From assembly GCA_001179505.1 (NCBI GenBank), contig CDMY01000477.1, positions 62,001 to 126,000 on the forward strand: a stretch of 64,000 nt of DNA, written 5' to 3'. Below, in pieces: positions 28,298 through 40,648 of this stretch (its first letter is position 1; each line of letters begins with the position of its first letter). Below the pieces are notes generated by a model. The model did not search any database. It had not been told where the DNA came from and saw only the letters and a program-made list of their open reading frames with translations. The position numbers and the translations under genes are program-made. This stretch comes from Vitrella brassicaformis CCMP3155 (lineage: Eukaryota > Protista > Chromerida).

Positions 28298-28527
28298 TCC
28301 CGTGACGTGATGGTGTTTGATGTTGCTGACTTGTCCAGTATGCTCCTGCAAGTGCGCAACGCGACTTCTCTGAATCTTTACTTGTGCCTCACGGACGGAC
28401 GGGGAGGTCACGCATTTATCAAAGAAAACGGCTGAAGAGGAGAGACGGGCGTGGGCGAGGGAAGGATTGCTGGCCGTTTTTTCGCCTCCGTGAAACGCTC
28501 CATGAATGCCACGCACAGATCTCCGAG

Positions 28528-29079
28528 ATGAGGAGCACCGTTCTCCTGGTGGGAGGTATTGTCATACTAGTCCACGCGGGACACGTCATCATGCAGCGTA
28601 AGGGAATCATCTCTCACTGCTGCAGCTGCATCACGCCCATTGATCTGTCTGTTGCTGAACAGAGAGGAAGTCAAAGCAGATGGCGAGCGCCTCTGACTCA
28701 TTCATCTCGTTGGAGGTGCGCAACACAGGGCGGGGCGGGGCACGCACATTGCCATGCCGGGGGAAACGGGCGTATGTATGCCAGAGTGGCTGTGTGTGTT
28801 TGCTGGCTGCAGGTGTACCTGCAGGTGTTGGTGGGTGTGCTGATGGCTCTTGTAGGGGGAGTGGAGCAGGCAGGACTACTCAAGCCCATCCGGACACGAG
28901 ACCAACCGAAAACGTAACACACGTAGCACGCCGTGGCACAGGACGGCAGTGGTCGATTGTAATTGATGCGTGTCGGCAGGCCGTGGGATTCACTGCACGA
29001 GCGGATCAACTTTCGAGTCTACAGCCACAGATCGCGCTACCTACAACCTAGGGGCACGGGTGCACCTTCCCTCATCTGA
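28528..29079 (+). CDS. EMC5: EMC5 / membrane magnesium transporter MMgT
   Basis: Four exons: MRSTVLLVGGIVILVHAGHVIMQ, ...FISLE|VYLQVLVGVLMALVGGVEQAGLLKPI, TPWDSLHERINFRVYSHRSRYL. Two TM helices plus the F-x-x-F/Y-x-H-R motif. Confidence 0.8.
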
Positions 29080-29297
29080 CCTAGTAGTGCTCTTCTCTAC
29101 CCCTGTCGGTGATAGTGAAAGACCGATGATCGAGTGGTGTGTACAGACCTGCTTGTTATGTAATCCCAGCTGTTTGCGAGGTCATGGCGGACGCATCGCA
29201 ATACCCAGTCAAATCAGCCGAGAGCGTTGACTACCATAGTAGAAGCATCATAGTATTTCACCGTCTGCACAGTGGCTCATTTTCTGAGAAGGGTGCG

Positions 29298-30408
29298 TCA
29301 TAAGACAGCCTCTGCGATGCCTGCAGTACAGCAGAGGCCAGACAAGAGGCATTTCGCCCGGAACCCTCGCATGTTGCGTTGGTTGGTAACTGACCAGGTA
29401 TAGAGCTGAGAAAGGTTTCGATGAACTCGAGTGCAAGCCAGGCCACAAGCCCTCCCATGTCAACACCGAAAACTGGAGGGATGAATGACTGCGTGAAAGC
29501 AGACCACGGCAACAGGGGAGGGACAAGCGAGAAGTGGATAATGTCACCCATTGTCATGGTTCTACCTGAAAGAAGTCCATGTATGGATTGGTGGCGACAT
29601 AGACGCTGGAGAAAGGCGGCAGGTAAGGGTTGATCTGGGGCAGCCATTCGAGGACATATCGAAGGTACAGAAGGATCTTGTATATCCTGCATGCCGAGCA
29701 AAAGCAGCGCCGCCATACCCCCGCTGTGCGACCAGCAGGCCATTTCATACGTACCTGAGGATGTAGACCAGCGATATGAGCACAGTGAGATTGTTCTTGA
29801 GCCACAGCCTCAGAAGCGGCTCCAGAAAAGGACGCGACTGCGCAAAGACGCTAAAGATAAATAACACCGACCTACTCAAAAGGTTCCCACCCCAGAGCTG
29901 CAAAAGGGACAGAAGAATACGAACGGTCGCGGTCATGTGCTCAGTGCTTCATCTCACTGTCTGGACCAGTGGTGGCGTGCTCGTCATGGCAATGGTCGCT
30001 CCCCGCACAGCGGCCACTTCGGACAGCATCCTGGCACTTGAAGGCCGCAACAGGACATGCCTGTGAGCCTTCCATCTCCGATGCACTCGTGTGCCCGGCT
30101 GGACGGACACGAAACACGCGCCTCCGAATCCTTGCCGCACAGCTGTTCTCCTGCCTTGTTCCTTCGGGAAACACTCATCATGCCACTCACCAGGCAATGC
30201 CTTTCGCGAGGGAGGACTCACCCGACACCTAACATGGACAGACAATGGACAGACGACCAGCACTTGGTGGTGTCGAAGCTAGCGTATGCAAATCGTACCG
30301 CCACCACTTCGTGAGAGCATGTTGCCGCTGCGCGAAGAGGCAAGATCTTGTGCATCCAAGCAGCTGCTGAGGCTGAAGGAGGACGAGAAGGACTACCCCT
30401 AACCGCAT
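29298..30408 (-). CDS. YGGT/YlmG family membrane protein, probably plastid-targeted
   Basis: N-terminal MRLGVVLLVLLQPQQLL plus a long leader; IYKILLYLRYVLEWLPQINPYLPPFSSVYVATNPYMDFFQ, FIPPVFGVDMGGLVAWLALEFIE; ends IPGIAEAVL*. Confidence 0.85.
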
Positions 30409-30457
30409 TGCCGCTTTGCGATAGATGGAAAGACGACACATCGCCACCTGGTTTGAC

Positions 30458-30482
30458 AAGCTCGCAATTCGTCCGCGAGCTT
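30458..30482. promoter_or_regulatory. Inverted AAGCTCGC-N9-GCGAGCTT pair in the YGGT/COPB2 promoter
   Basis: Same 8-bp arms as 25280-25302, both followed by AG. Confidence 0.65.
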
Positions 30483-30743
30483 AGCGACGAGTCACACGCC
30501 GGAAAGGGAGGCCTGGGTGAGGCTGATCCAAGCCACCGCTCGTCACCTCTCAGCCTCATAAGGTGAAGATTTACCCGCCACATTGTCTCCCTCGCAAGGC
30601 GGACGCAAGTGCACCCGAAGAATTGCCTGCAAGATCCCTCGCAAAGGCGCAGGTAGCCAACACACACAGGAGATCGGCGTGGCGTGGTATGTATTTTGTT
30701 CTCTTCATGCAGTGATCGCCAGCTTTTCATCTGATCGAAGACG

Positions 30744-33700
30744 ATGCCGCTTCGACTCGACTGCAAGAAGCTTCTCAGGTACATTCTCCCTGCCGGAAGA
30801 CAGCGGCAAGCACTGTAGCATGCGCACACTTTTGTGCCTGGGCCTCTTTGCAGTGCGCGGAGTGACCGTGTCAAGTCTGTCGATTTCCACAGTTCAGAGC
30901 CGTGGGTGTTGGCCGCCCTCTATTCCGGCAACATTTTCATATGGGACTACAACTCTCAGGTACGCACAGGTTCTGCGCCAACTTACTTGCACTTACTGCG
31001 TGTTTGTATATATACTCCTCGCAGACGTTGGTCAAGAGCATAGAGGTGTCGAACCTACCCATACGCTGTGCGAAGTTCATCACTAGAAAGCAATGGATTG
31101 TCACCGGCTGTGATGACATGAACATCCGAACATACAACTACAACACACTCGAGAAAGTGAAGGTAGCGAGCTGAGAAGGACCCTGCCGGGCAGTCGCGAT
31201 AGTCTAAGCTGTGTCCCACCTGCTGCTTCTCTTTCTCTAGGTTCTCGAAGCCCACACTGACTACATTCGCTTCCTCGCCGTCCACCCGTCCCTGCCATAC
31301 GTCCTGTCAGGCAAGTGAAAAATGCCGCATCTGTGTACAGGGCTTCCCTTGGCCTTCTCTGCAATTTTTCGCATCTTTATGTGTGTACTCCCAGCGTCTG
31401 ACGACATGACGGTTAAGATGTGGGATTGGGAGAAGAATTGGACGGCTGTCCAGACCTTTGAATCTCACGCGCACTATGTGGTAAGACAACCACGAGTGGA
31501 CCCGACCCGTCCACCTGGACGGACGTGGACGGATGCGAGATGTTCGTTGCGGTTCATGCTCAGATGATGGTCCAATGGAATCCCAAGGTGATGCTGCTCA
31601 CCTGACTTACACTTTTTGTTAGGCGCACGTCCGTGCATGTCATGCACTGCAGGACACGTCTATCTTTGCCAGTGCCAGCCTTGATAGATCCATCAAGGTG
31701 TGGGGCATTACGACGAGTGCCGGCTCAGCCCCGACAAGCGGCTCATCCCCAACACTGTCCATCAGCCCCACTGGGACTAGCAGTACGACAATATGCGTAA
31801 CTCACCCTTTCTTCACGCTCCTGGGCCATGAAAGGGGCGTTAACTCAGTTGAATACTCACCTAGGTGAATAAAGAGGCTTGGCACGCAGGGAGCCGGTCA
31901 AAGTGGCCGGCGCGTTCTTGGTGTATCGTTTCCTTTAGCGGTGACAAGCCATACATCATCAGCGGATCAGATGACAGGACCGTGAGATAAAAGCAAACAC
32001 TCCTTCCGAACTTGGTGCGAACTCAGCGATATCTGATGTACTCGTGCGGTTCCATGTAGGTAAGGGTTTGGGACTACCAAACCAAGCAGTGCATCCAGGT
32101 AACAATGAAAGAGGAAAGAAGGCAGGGATTCAGTCAATGTCTAATTGAGAAGAGCCGCGCTTTTGTGCGGATGCAGGTGCTGACTGGCCATAGCAACAAT
32201 GTGTCCGCAGCCGTGTTCCATCCAAACCTGCCGATCATCATTTCCGGTACGCCATAACTGAACAGAACTGCGCCGTAAGCCTCTGTGTGGATTTTTTCTA
32301 GGATCGGAAGACGGCAGCGTGCGGATTTGGCACTCAAGCACCTATCGGCTGGTAAGAGTGCAAAGAAATATGGCGGAATGGTAAATGACATTACGGTCGT
32401 GACTCACTCAGGAGACAAGCCTCAACTATATGATGGAGGTGACTAAACTCTCGCGGGCGAAAACTAATCATAGTCCTGTCTTCGGCACGTTTTCCTACGC
32501 AGCGGCTTTGGTCGATTGGAGTCTCGAAGGGCAGCAATTCTGTCGCGCTGGGTTACGATGAGGGGACCATTGTGATCAAACTCGGCAGCGAAACACCGCT
32601 CGCTTCGATGACGACGGTAACATCCGAATGTTGACGATGGTAGAGTCTATTTGGCTCGCTTGTCTCCCCTGTGTCTGTGTAGGGAGGGAAGATTGTCTGG
32701 GCGAAGGGGAGCGACATTCAAACGGCAAACCTGAAACTCGTCGACGAAGTGTCATCCTCGGACGGCGAGCGACTGCCTTTGGCTGTGAAAGACATGGGGT
32801 GAGACATGAAAATCGTCACCTCGCGTTCTTGACGTGGTTCTGTGTCGGTGCAGGTCCTGCGAGCTCTTTCCGCAGTCGCTCGGTAGGACCGCAAAATGTC
32901 AGCATACCTCCTCACTGTTCCCTTTCCTCACCTGTTTTGTAGCCCACGCGCCGAACGGCCGGCTCTTCGCAGTCTGCGGCGACGGGGAATATATCATCTA
33001 CACTGCACAGGCACGTCAAGCATTGACCTTCTGCTGATCGCAAACTGGCAATGGGATATGCATATGTTCATTTCACCTCGCTCTTCTCCTGATAGGCGTT
33101 GCGCAACAAGAGCTTTGGATCTGCTGTTGAGTTTGTATGGTCTGGTGAGTCGAGCAGTGGGACCTGTGATTAAGAAACGTCTTGTATCCGTCGCATATTT
33201 TTGCAGACGAAGGTCATTTCGCGACGAAGGACTCCTCCAACAAGGTACGTGTGCAGTTTTCGTCACGGCTGATGTGATATTCTCTCGGCCTCTCTGCTTT
33301 TACATCAGATAAGCATCTTTCACAACTTCAAGGTTGGCAGAAGACAAGAGTGAAAAAGACGCCAAATACTGTGCTCGCTTGTTTCTCCTCAGGAGGTGTT
33401 CTCTTTCAAGCCCCCTTTCCACGCCGAAGAGCTTTTCGGAGGACGGCTGCTCGGTGTACGTTCAAGCGATTTCATTTGCTTTTTCGACATGAACACCGAC
33501 TTCAGGTGTGCTAAACCCAACTGCCCTCATGGCACCACTTGATGGTTCATTCGTTACAGGCTGATCCGTCGGATTGACGTCGTTCCACGTCTGGTTTTGT
33601 GGTCGGAGAATGGAGACCAGGTCGCGCTTTGCTGTGCCGATGCGTTCTACATACTCAAGTAACTGTGAAGCAACTATCGTACGTCAGCACTGGCCGGACT

Positions 33701-35836
33701 TCCTTTTTTCCCTCCAGGCATGATAAAGATGCGATCAGTGCAGCTATTGCAGGACACGCCCAACAGGTGACAAAAAGGCAAAGGATCGTAAACAGTTGGA
33801 AAAATGCAGCCTTGTCCCGGCCAGGAAGAAGACGGATATGAAGCGGCCTTCGAGCTGATTCAAGAGGTCTCCTACCCGGTTCACACGGTTTTTGCGCAGA
33901 CAAGAGTATTCGTTTTCGTTGTTCAAACAGGTGTCCGAGAAAGTGGATAGCGGGTTGTTCGTTTCGGACTGCTTCGTAAGCCACCCACGGCCGATTGGTC
34001 CGCAGACGATACAATGAAACCGCGCAATTGCTTGTTTGTCCGCACAGGTTTATGTAGCCAACATGCGTCTCCAGTGCTCCGTGGCTGGGCAAATCGAAAC
34101 CCTCGCCCATCTGGATCGCCCGATGTATATCATTGGCTACATGCCCGAGCACAACAAGTATGAAAGAAATTGAACGCCCCAGGTCATTTCTGGCTCATTG
34201 TGATGTTTGATGAAGGATTTTTCTCATCGATCGCGAGCTATCAGTTGTCTCGTACATGCTCCACGTCGCACTGATCGAATACCAGGCGAGGACACACCTG
34301 TCGGAACTGGTACACACGGAACGCGTGATTTCTGTCTGCGGTTCAGACGGCGATTTGTCGGAAGGATTTTGATAGCGGGCAAAGGTTTTTCGAGCAGATC
34401 CCGGAAAGCCTGCACAACCGAGTAAGGATCATGAGAGAGATTCCAATCTGCAAAAAACCGATGCATAACGCCTGCTGTAGGTGGCACGTTTCCTTGAACA
34501 CCAAGGTCACAAGGACCAAGCTCTTAGCATTACGAAGGACCTGGATCATCAGTTTGATCTCGCTCTGTCGCTATCTCGCCTGGAACAGGTGCTGTCTTGC
34601 TGCTTTTACGTTTTGGGATGCTTTTGTTTACGCCACCGTTGTTGTTACAGTGTGCACAGATAATCAAGACCATGGCCAGCGATCTTTCGACTGCACCGGC
34701 CACTGTTTCTGTGCGGTGGCGGCAACTTGGTAATCGCGACGTGATCGAGCACGAGACCCCGTGTGCTCGTACACTGTCCAGCCCATGTTATTCAGGCGAC
34801 ACAGCTTTGGAGCAAGGCAATTTCACCCTAGCGCTCGCGTGTTTCAAGGAAGCTCGCGATTTCAGCGGGCTTCTGCTCATGTACTCGGCATCAGGAGACG
34901 AACATGGTCTGAGGCAGCTGGCGGAGGAAGCGCTGGCCCTGCCGGACAAGCGCAACAACGTGGCCTTGCTCTGCTACTTGCTCTTGAGGGACACCGAGCG
35001 CACGCTAGAGGTAGGCGAGACAGGTGCCTTGTGCTGATCATGCTGTTGAAATCATCGTTGCCAGGTGCTCATCAACGCGGGTCGGCTGCCTGAAGCGGCG
35101 TTCTTTGCTAGGACATACTGTCCATCGCAAGTCGGAAAGCTTGTGCAGCTGTGGAAGCAGGATCTAAACCGCGTGAACAAATCTCTGGCCGATTCCCTTG
35201 CTGACCCGAGCGAGTACGAAGACCTCTTCCCGAGCTTCTCGATTGCTAGAGAGGTCGAGAACCCACGAAACATCACCTGAATGCCCAAGATCACCTGAAT
35301 GCCCAAGTTGCTTTACTTTGTCGCTTTCTTTGCAGGCTGAAAGCATCTTTGCCGCGCAACGATTGCCTGTGGCAGCGTCCTATTCACGCGTCAAGGATCT
35401 GTTGGAGGTCGACATTCTCAATGAAATGCAAACCCAAGGCCGCGCACATGTAATTCGGCAACTGTACGGTAGCTGACTGAGAAGCATCTTCTTTTCTTCG
35501 TGTGAATACGTAGGTCGAGCGGCTGTACAGAGAAGGCGGACCAGTCGACTCGCAGGACGCTCGAGCACCATTGCAGAACGGGATCTTCGACCAGCCCATA
35601 CACGGCGATAGTCCAACCGAACGCGAGCCCGAAAGTGAGCGACACTGGAATAAGACGAAAAGCCGGTCAAAAAATTCAATTCGCGCATCACCTTGTTAAC
35701 AGCTGACACCATGCTGGAACAAACAGTCCTGGGCGTGACGGCAGCAGCGCCACCCGAATCGCAGAGGCAGGAAGCCGCTCCTGAGAGCATAGTGTTTTCG
35801 CCGAGCCCAGAGATACAGCCACCCAATGATCTGTGA
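30744..35836 (+). CDS. COPB2: Coatomer subunit beta' (COPB2/SEC27)
   Basis: [130 protein letters not shown]; many short introns. Confidence 0.97.
35272..35307. repeat. 18-bp direct tandem duplication in a COPB2 intron
   Basis: ATCACCTGAATGCCCAAG x2. Confidence 0.85.
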
Positions 35837-36112
35837 CTGCCGTTTGTCTTTCTGCGCCAAACAGTGACAATTCGAGAGTTGCGTGGATGAATTGATGGCC
35901 ATATTAGACTTTCATTTCCCTTTGCTAATATAAGCAAAAGCTTTATCTTTTCCAGACTGATGCGGCCCCGACATCTTTACCGTTTCAACTTTTTAATCAC
36001 GTTCGTTTGAAAGAGACTGTGTGCCAGGTCCAGCCCCTCCGCCCCGTTTGGGCAGTAGGGAAGGCCATATCGAGGACACTTGGCCACCCGCCCAGACCCT
36101 TGACTACTCCTC

Positions 36113-38139
36113 TCACTCCCAGACCCTTGGATCCAGCAGCCAATTGGCAGGGCATGAGCGTTTGAAGCTGAAGCCGCACAACGCCTCAATTCCTGTCCGA
36201 GAGGCGATGATCCACCCATAATCTTTTCGCACTCCTTTGATTGTACTTCCGCGCAGCCACACTGACTTATCGACTTGTTTCGACACCGGCGTCTGCGCGT
36301 CTGCAGGAGTGCTACTGCCTGTCTTCGACTGGTACCCCCAGATCTCCACCACCTGCCCGTCGCGACAGACGAAGATAAACATGTCATACCAAGGAAAATT
36401 GCTGACAGCCGGTTGCACAAAAAGCGCCATAATGCCCTTGTCGAGCCCCTGCTCCTTGTAGGATGGTTTTGATATCTCGTCCTCGACCGTCCTGCGGAGG
36501 AGAGCGATGTTTGGAGAACGATCGGTTGGCAGAGCATGCATGAAGCCATCTGGGTCGGTTGGACGAAAGGCGCCTCCAAATGCACATCCTGATATGACAG
36601 ACCCACGCGAACAGCACAAAAACCACAAAAACTGATATCGACCAGAGCTTTTCTGTTTCACATCCTTGTGTCACCGACCATTGAAAACTGCAGGAGGCAG
36701 GATTGCTCCGGCGTCGGGATGCAGGTTTGAATAATCTCCTACGTCGCTTTGCATCATCCGTAGGATGAGTGCCGCAGCACAAACGCTCTCCCACTGCACG
36801 CCGGACCCTTCTGTTGTTTCAGCCAGCTGCTGTAGGGCGGAGGCGATCCGCCACAGGCCTTGACGAAGAGACTTGCGCAACTCGCCAGAAGCAGCGAGTC
36901 GCGCACAGGCAGCTGCCAGAAAGCATGGCGACCACGTGTACGACGGGGTCCCGATGTGAGGTGGGCGAACAACAAACGCATCCAATGCCGCAGCCCAGCC
37001 GCCCAACGCCAACACATACTCCTCAGCTCCGTCCAGCGCAAGCATGATCACGGCTCGCAGCGTCGCCTCGGTGAAGAGTGGTTTCGGGAGCTTGTCGAAG
37101 ATCTGATTAACGCAAAGAGCGACGGGTTGTGTCTCAACGGCAAACGCCTTGTGAACTAGGGCGGGCGTCAATCCAAGATAGGATAGCTTGGAAGCCGAGG
37201 CGGCCTCCTGGCTGACAGCGGCCGCTTCATCAACAGATTTGATCACCGGCAAGAGGGGGCGAAGGACATCCCGATTGCTTAGACTGTCCATGAACACCGT
37301 CAGCTTCGAGCCCGTCTCTGTGAAGTGGCTTGAGAATACGAGATAGCGGCCATGCTTGTCGACGAACTGTGTCCGTAGAAATGCCGCCACGCTCTTTCCT
37401 TCATCAGGAAATTCCTCTCGGCCTTCTCCCACGATCAACTTATTCAGCTCATCAACAAGGAGGACGCAGACGGCATCACCTAGCCACTTGCAAATGGTGT
37501 CCTCGGTAACTTCCACTTCGGTCAGCCATCTTGAAAAGTCTTCCCCCACACTCCTCCGCACGTCGGCCTTGGCAGCCGCCCACCCGATGCGCAAAAGCAG
37601 CGACTGAAGCCATGTGCGGTCGTGCTCCTTTGCAGCATCATACGCGGTGAGGTCGTTGAATGAGATGAAGAGGGAGAAGATGCGCTCCTGCCGAAGGGCG
37701 AGGCCTATTTCCTTCAGCGTCCTCGTCTTGCCTCCTGAAGGATGACGAGTGAGGGCCATAGGAGGGATTCGCGTAGGGAGGGCATTTTGGGTGTCTCTCC
37801 GGCGCTGAAGGCTGCTCGATGAGCAGCTCTCCCTGTTGTAGAAAAGCTTGATATGCTCCAGCATGTTGTCCCGATGCTTGCCGCCGATGAAGTCTCTGGG
37901 ATCGGTATCTGTCAGCTCGATGGAAGGCACTCCTCTCGCTGCCGGCAGTCCTGTTGCGCCAGTGGCTGTTGCGAGAGGCACAAGGTCTCTAACTGATATC
38001 TTCCTTGCTCCAGCTGCGCGCACACACACACACACACACACACGTGAGCGCTCAGACGGCCCTTTTCCCTTGATTGTTGCTCACCAGGCTGAGCACCTAT
38101 TCTGAGTCTCTTGAGTCGATTCCTGAATTGATCCATCAT
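36113..38139 (-). CDS. Crinkler-type (CR) effector-like protein: P-loop NTPase fused to a PD-(D/E)xK restriction-endonuclease-fold domain
   Basis: Variant Walker A LTRHPSGGKTRTL, ISFND, Walker B VLLVDELN, sensor RYLVFSSH, linker SGVQWESVCAAALILR, then PAVSNFPWYDMFIF and IWGYQSKTG. The in-frame TGA at 36671-36673 lies inside a predicted intron 36589-36678. Start (MMDQF, 38139) is uncertain. Confidence 0.72.
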
Positions 38140-38337
38140 TATCTGGCACTACTCGGGAGAGCCTCGGGAGCACCAATCAGCTACCCTGCGCGGAACCTCG
38201 TCAGTGCGAAGAATTGACTGGCTGAGTCGTCGACAAGAAGCACACTGAGCGCACAAGTGCAGTCCAGATCTTCGCTGCACCGCCACTTGTGCAGAAGAGG
38301 GGACGGGGGAAGGAGGTGCGATGGGGAAGACTGTTGA

Positions 38338-38357
38338 AGCTCGCAGGGATAGCTCGC
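38338..38357. promoter_or_regulatory. Direct AGCTCGC pair in the CR-REase/kinase promoter
   Basis: AGCTCGCA at 38338 and 38351. Confidence 0.6.
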
Positions 38358-38519
38358 ACACCGGCTTTTCACATCAGCACAGCACCACAGCAACAGAAGC
38401 AGCAGCATCAGTCGAGATGTCACTGATAATATCAGCAGCAGCAGAAGGCGGCGACCAAGGCGGCGACACCAATAACAAGAGGCACACTAAGGCACACACA
38501 GCAGACAGCAGGCACCACC

Positions 38520-40648
38520 ATGGCCGCATGGCTCAGTGCCGCCGTGAGCGCCGTCTGGCGGGGCATCTTCGGCCCGGCGCCCATTCAAGAGGTGTGGGTG
38601 GATCGTGACACGCCGCTCGGTATGGGGCCCTGCTTCCCCAAACCCCACTTCACGGCCACCCGCATCCTTGGCAAGGGCGTTGAGGCGGCGGCCTTCCTGG
38701 CACAGCGCCACGAGGACGGTCAGATGCGGGCGCTGCGGAAGATGGCCAACAAGAAACGGTGGGTGGACCCGTTGTGGGGGGGGTCGTATTGGATAGACGA
38801 GTTCAAGAGCGTGGAGAGGGCTATGGGCATCTGCACCCACCTGCAGGGACTCGACAACGTCGTGCAATGCCACGGGGTGAGCAGGGACATCCATGAACAG
38901 ATGAGAACGGACAGATCTACATAATCAATCATCTACCTTGTCTGTCTGTCTGCACGTCTGTCTGATGGTGTGTGTCTTGTTTGTTTGTCTGTGTGTAGGT
39001 GTACCACATGGCTGGCGCGTCCTTTTTCGACCTCGAGTACCTGGCGGGGGGCTCGATGTATGACCGCTGCGCTGGCCCGTCGGCCATCTACGCCGACCAC
39101 TACGGGCGCAGCACGGTCACCGAGACCCTCGCCAGGGACTGGACGCAGCAGCTGCTCAACGCCAACAGGGGCCTGATCTCGCGTGGCGTTTATCACGGGT
39201 ACATATGCACCCTCCCTCCCATGAGAGTCTCTCTGCGCATTTGGGATGTTTGGTCGCCGTGTTTGCAGGGATTTCCATGCCAGCAACGTGATGTTTGAGC
39301 GGCCCGACGGCAACCAGCTAAAGATGATAGACTTCGGCCACGCCCTCCTCTTCGACCCCAAAAATGTACATACACGTGCAGTGACCGACTGCATAGCTGA
39401 GCATATCGCCACACATGTCTTTCTGCGTCTGATGTCTACACAGGGCAATACGATGGTGGGCAACTCGGCCAACATCGTCGGCTGGCCTTTCATCCACGCC
39501 CCCGAGGTATGTGAACGCAATGGGTGTGCAATTCGACACTAGGCCCCATCAATACACATACGTATATATTGTGTTGCGTTGGTTGATGTGCAGACAAGGG
39601 TGCCCCATGCCGTGTTTGATGCCGACAAAGCGACGGTGTTTGCCATAGGGTCAGCTTGCACTCTCTCGCTGCGACAGATTCATTGGTGTGTCTACTTGGC
39701 GCGCTTGCAGGCGTCTGATGCGCCTCATGCTGTGCTGGGGCTGGGAGAACATCCGTGACAGCTCGGACTACGCCCCGGTAGGTAGTTGGAATCCTCCGTA
39801 AATGATGTCTCTCTTGTGAGCATATGAATGTGTGGTGTGTGTGTCTGTTCGTGTCACGTCAGGACGTGTTTGGTCGCGGCGACCTCTCCCGCGACTGCAT
39901 AGAGTTGCTGGAGGCCATGACGGCGGCGGACCCCAACAACCGTCCCACACTCGCAGACTGCGCAAACCACAAATGGTAATTGACCAGAGAGGTGGCCAGA
40001 TAGATGGCGAACACACACACACCTCACACACCTCACACACCTCGCGCACTTCGAATGTCTCTCTGCGTGTTGGTCAGGTCCCACCCACACCGCCCTGCCC
40101 GAAAGAGCAAGTGCTGCTGCTGAGGCAAAGGCTAGCACTCCCGAGGGAATGGCTTGCCACACAGAGACCCTGCAGTGTCCTCAGGATGGGGCTGTTCTGA
40201 CGATGGCGGGGTGGATGGGAGGGGTCAGTCAGCTGTGGTGGTGGTCTGGCGCTGATCAGTTGGCTGGGCTCGGCAATGGCTGTGGTGGCAGCTTGTGCGC
40301 CCGGGGTGGGCTCACCCCTAGCTTGCGCACACCATCGGAGACCAAGTGTGCATCGTCAAGCGCCCACGAGAGGACAAAGATGAGGGCCACGGGGAGGGGG
40401 CGCCTGCAGCCGATGACACATCGCCAGCCCCTGAGCCTGTCAAGAAGACGAAGCGTCGTCGGCTGATCCGGCCACCACGGAAACCCGACAGCTCCCCACT
40501 GGCTCCATCAGCACAGCCGACCCCTCCTGCACCAAACGAGGACCAGCGCACGCCCAATCAAGCCGTCACTTCACCACCAGCACCGGCAGCGCCACCGACG
40601 GAGGCTGCGAAGGAAGCAGCAAGTGTCACTCGCCCCTCGCCCCGTTGA
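38520..40648 (+). CDS. Divergent Ser/Thr protein kinase with a Pro-rich tail
   Basis: ILGKGVEAAAFLA, RALRK (beta3 Lys), LEYLAGGSM, YHRDFHASNVM, LKMIDFGHA, IHAPE; stop 40646-40648. Confidence 0.85.
39635..39735 (+). repeat. Kinase exon/intron segment duplicated at 43242-43342
   Basis: GGTGTTTGCCATAGGGTCAGCTTGCACTCTCTCGCTG.GACAGATTCATTGGTGTGTCTACTTGGCGCGCTTGCAGGCGTCT occurs in both places. Confidence 0.9.

Noticed and set aside
36671-36673. In-frame TGA between the NTPase and REase halves as readthrough or selenocysteine
   Set aside because: A 90-nt GTCGGT...CATATCAG intron with a T-rich tract removes it in the correct phase.
38181-38423. Signal-peptide-like ORF (MTSRLMLLLLLLW) as the first exon of the CR gene
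   Set aside because: No good in-frame splice to the next exon, and it spans the double AGCTCGC promoter site. The Leu run comes from a GCA repeat.
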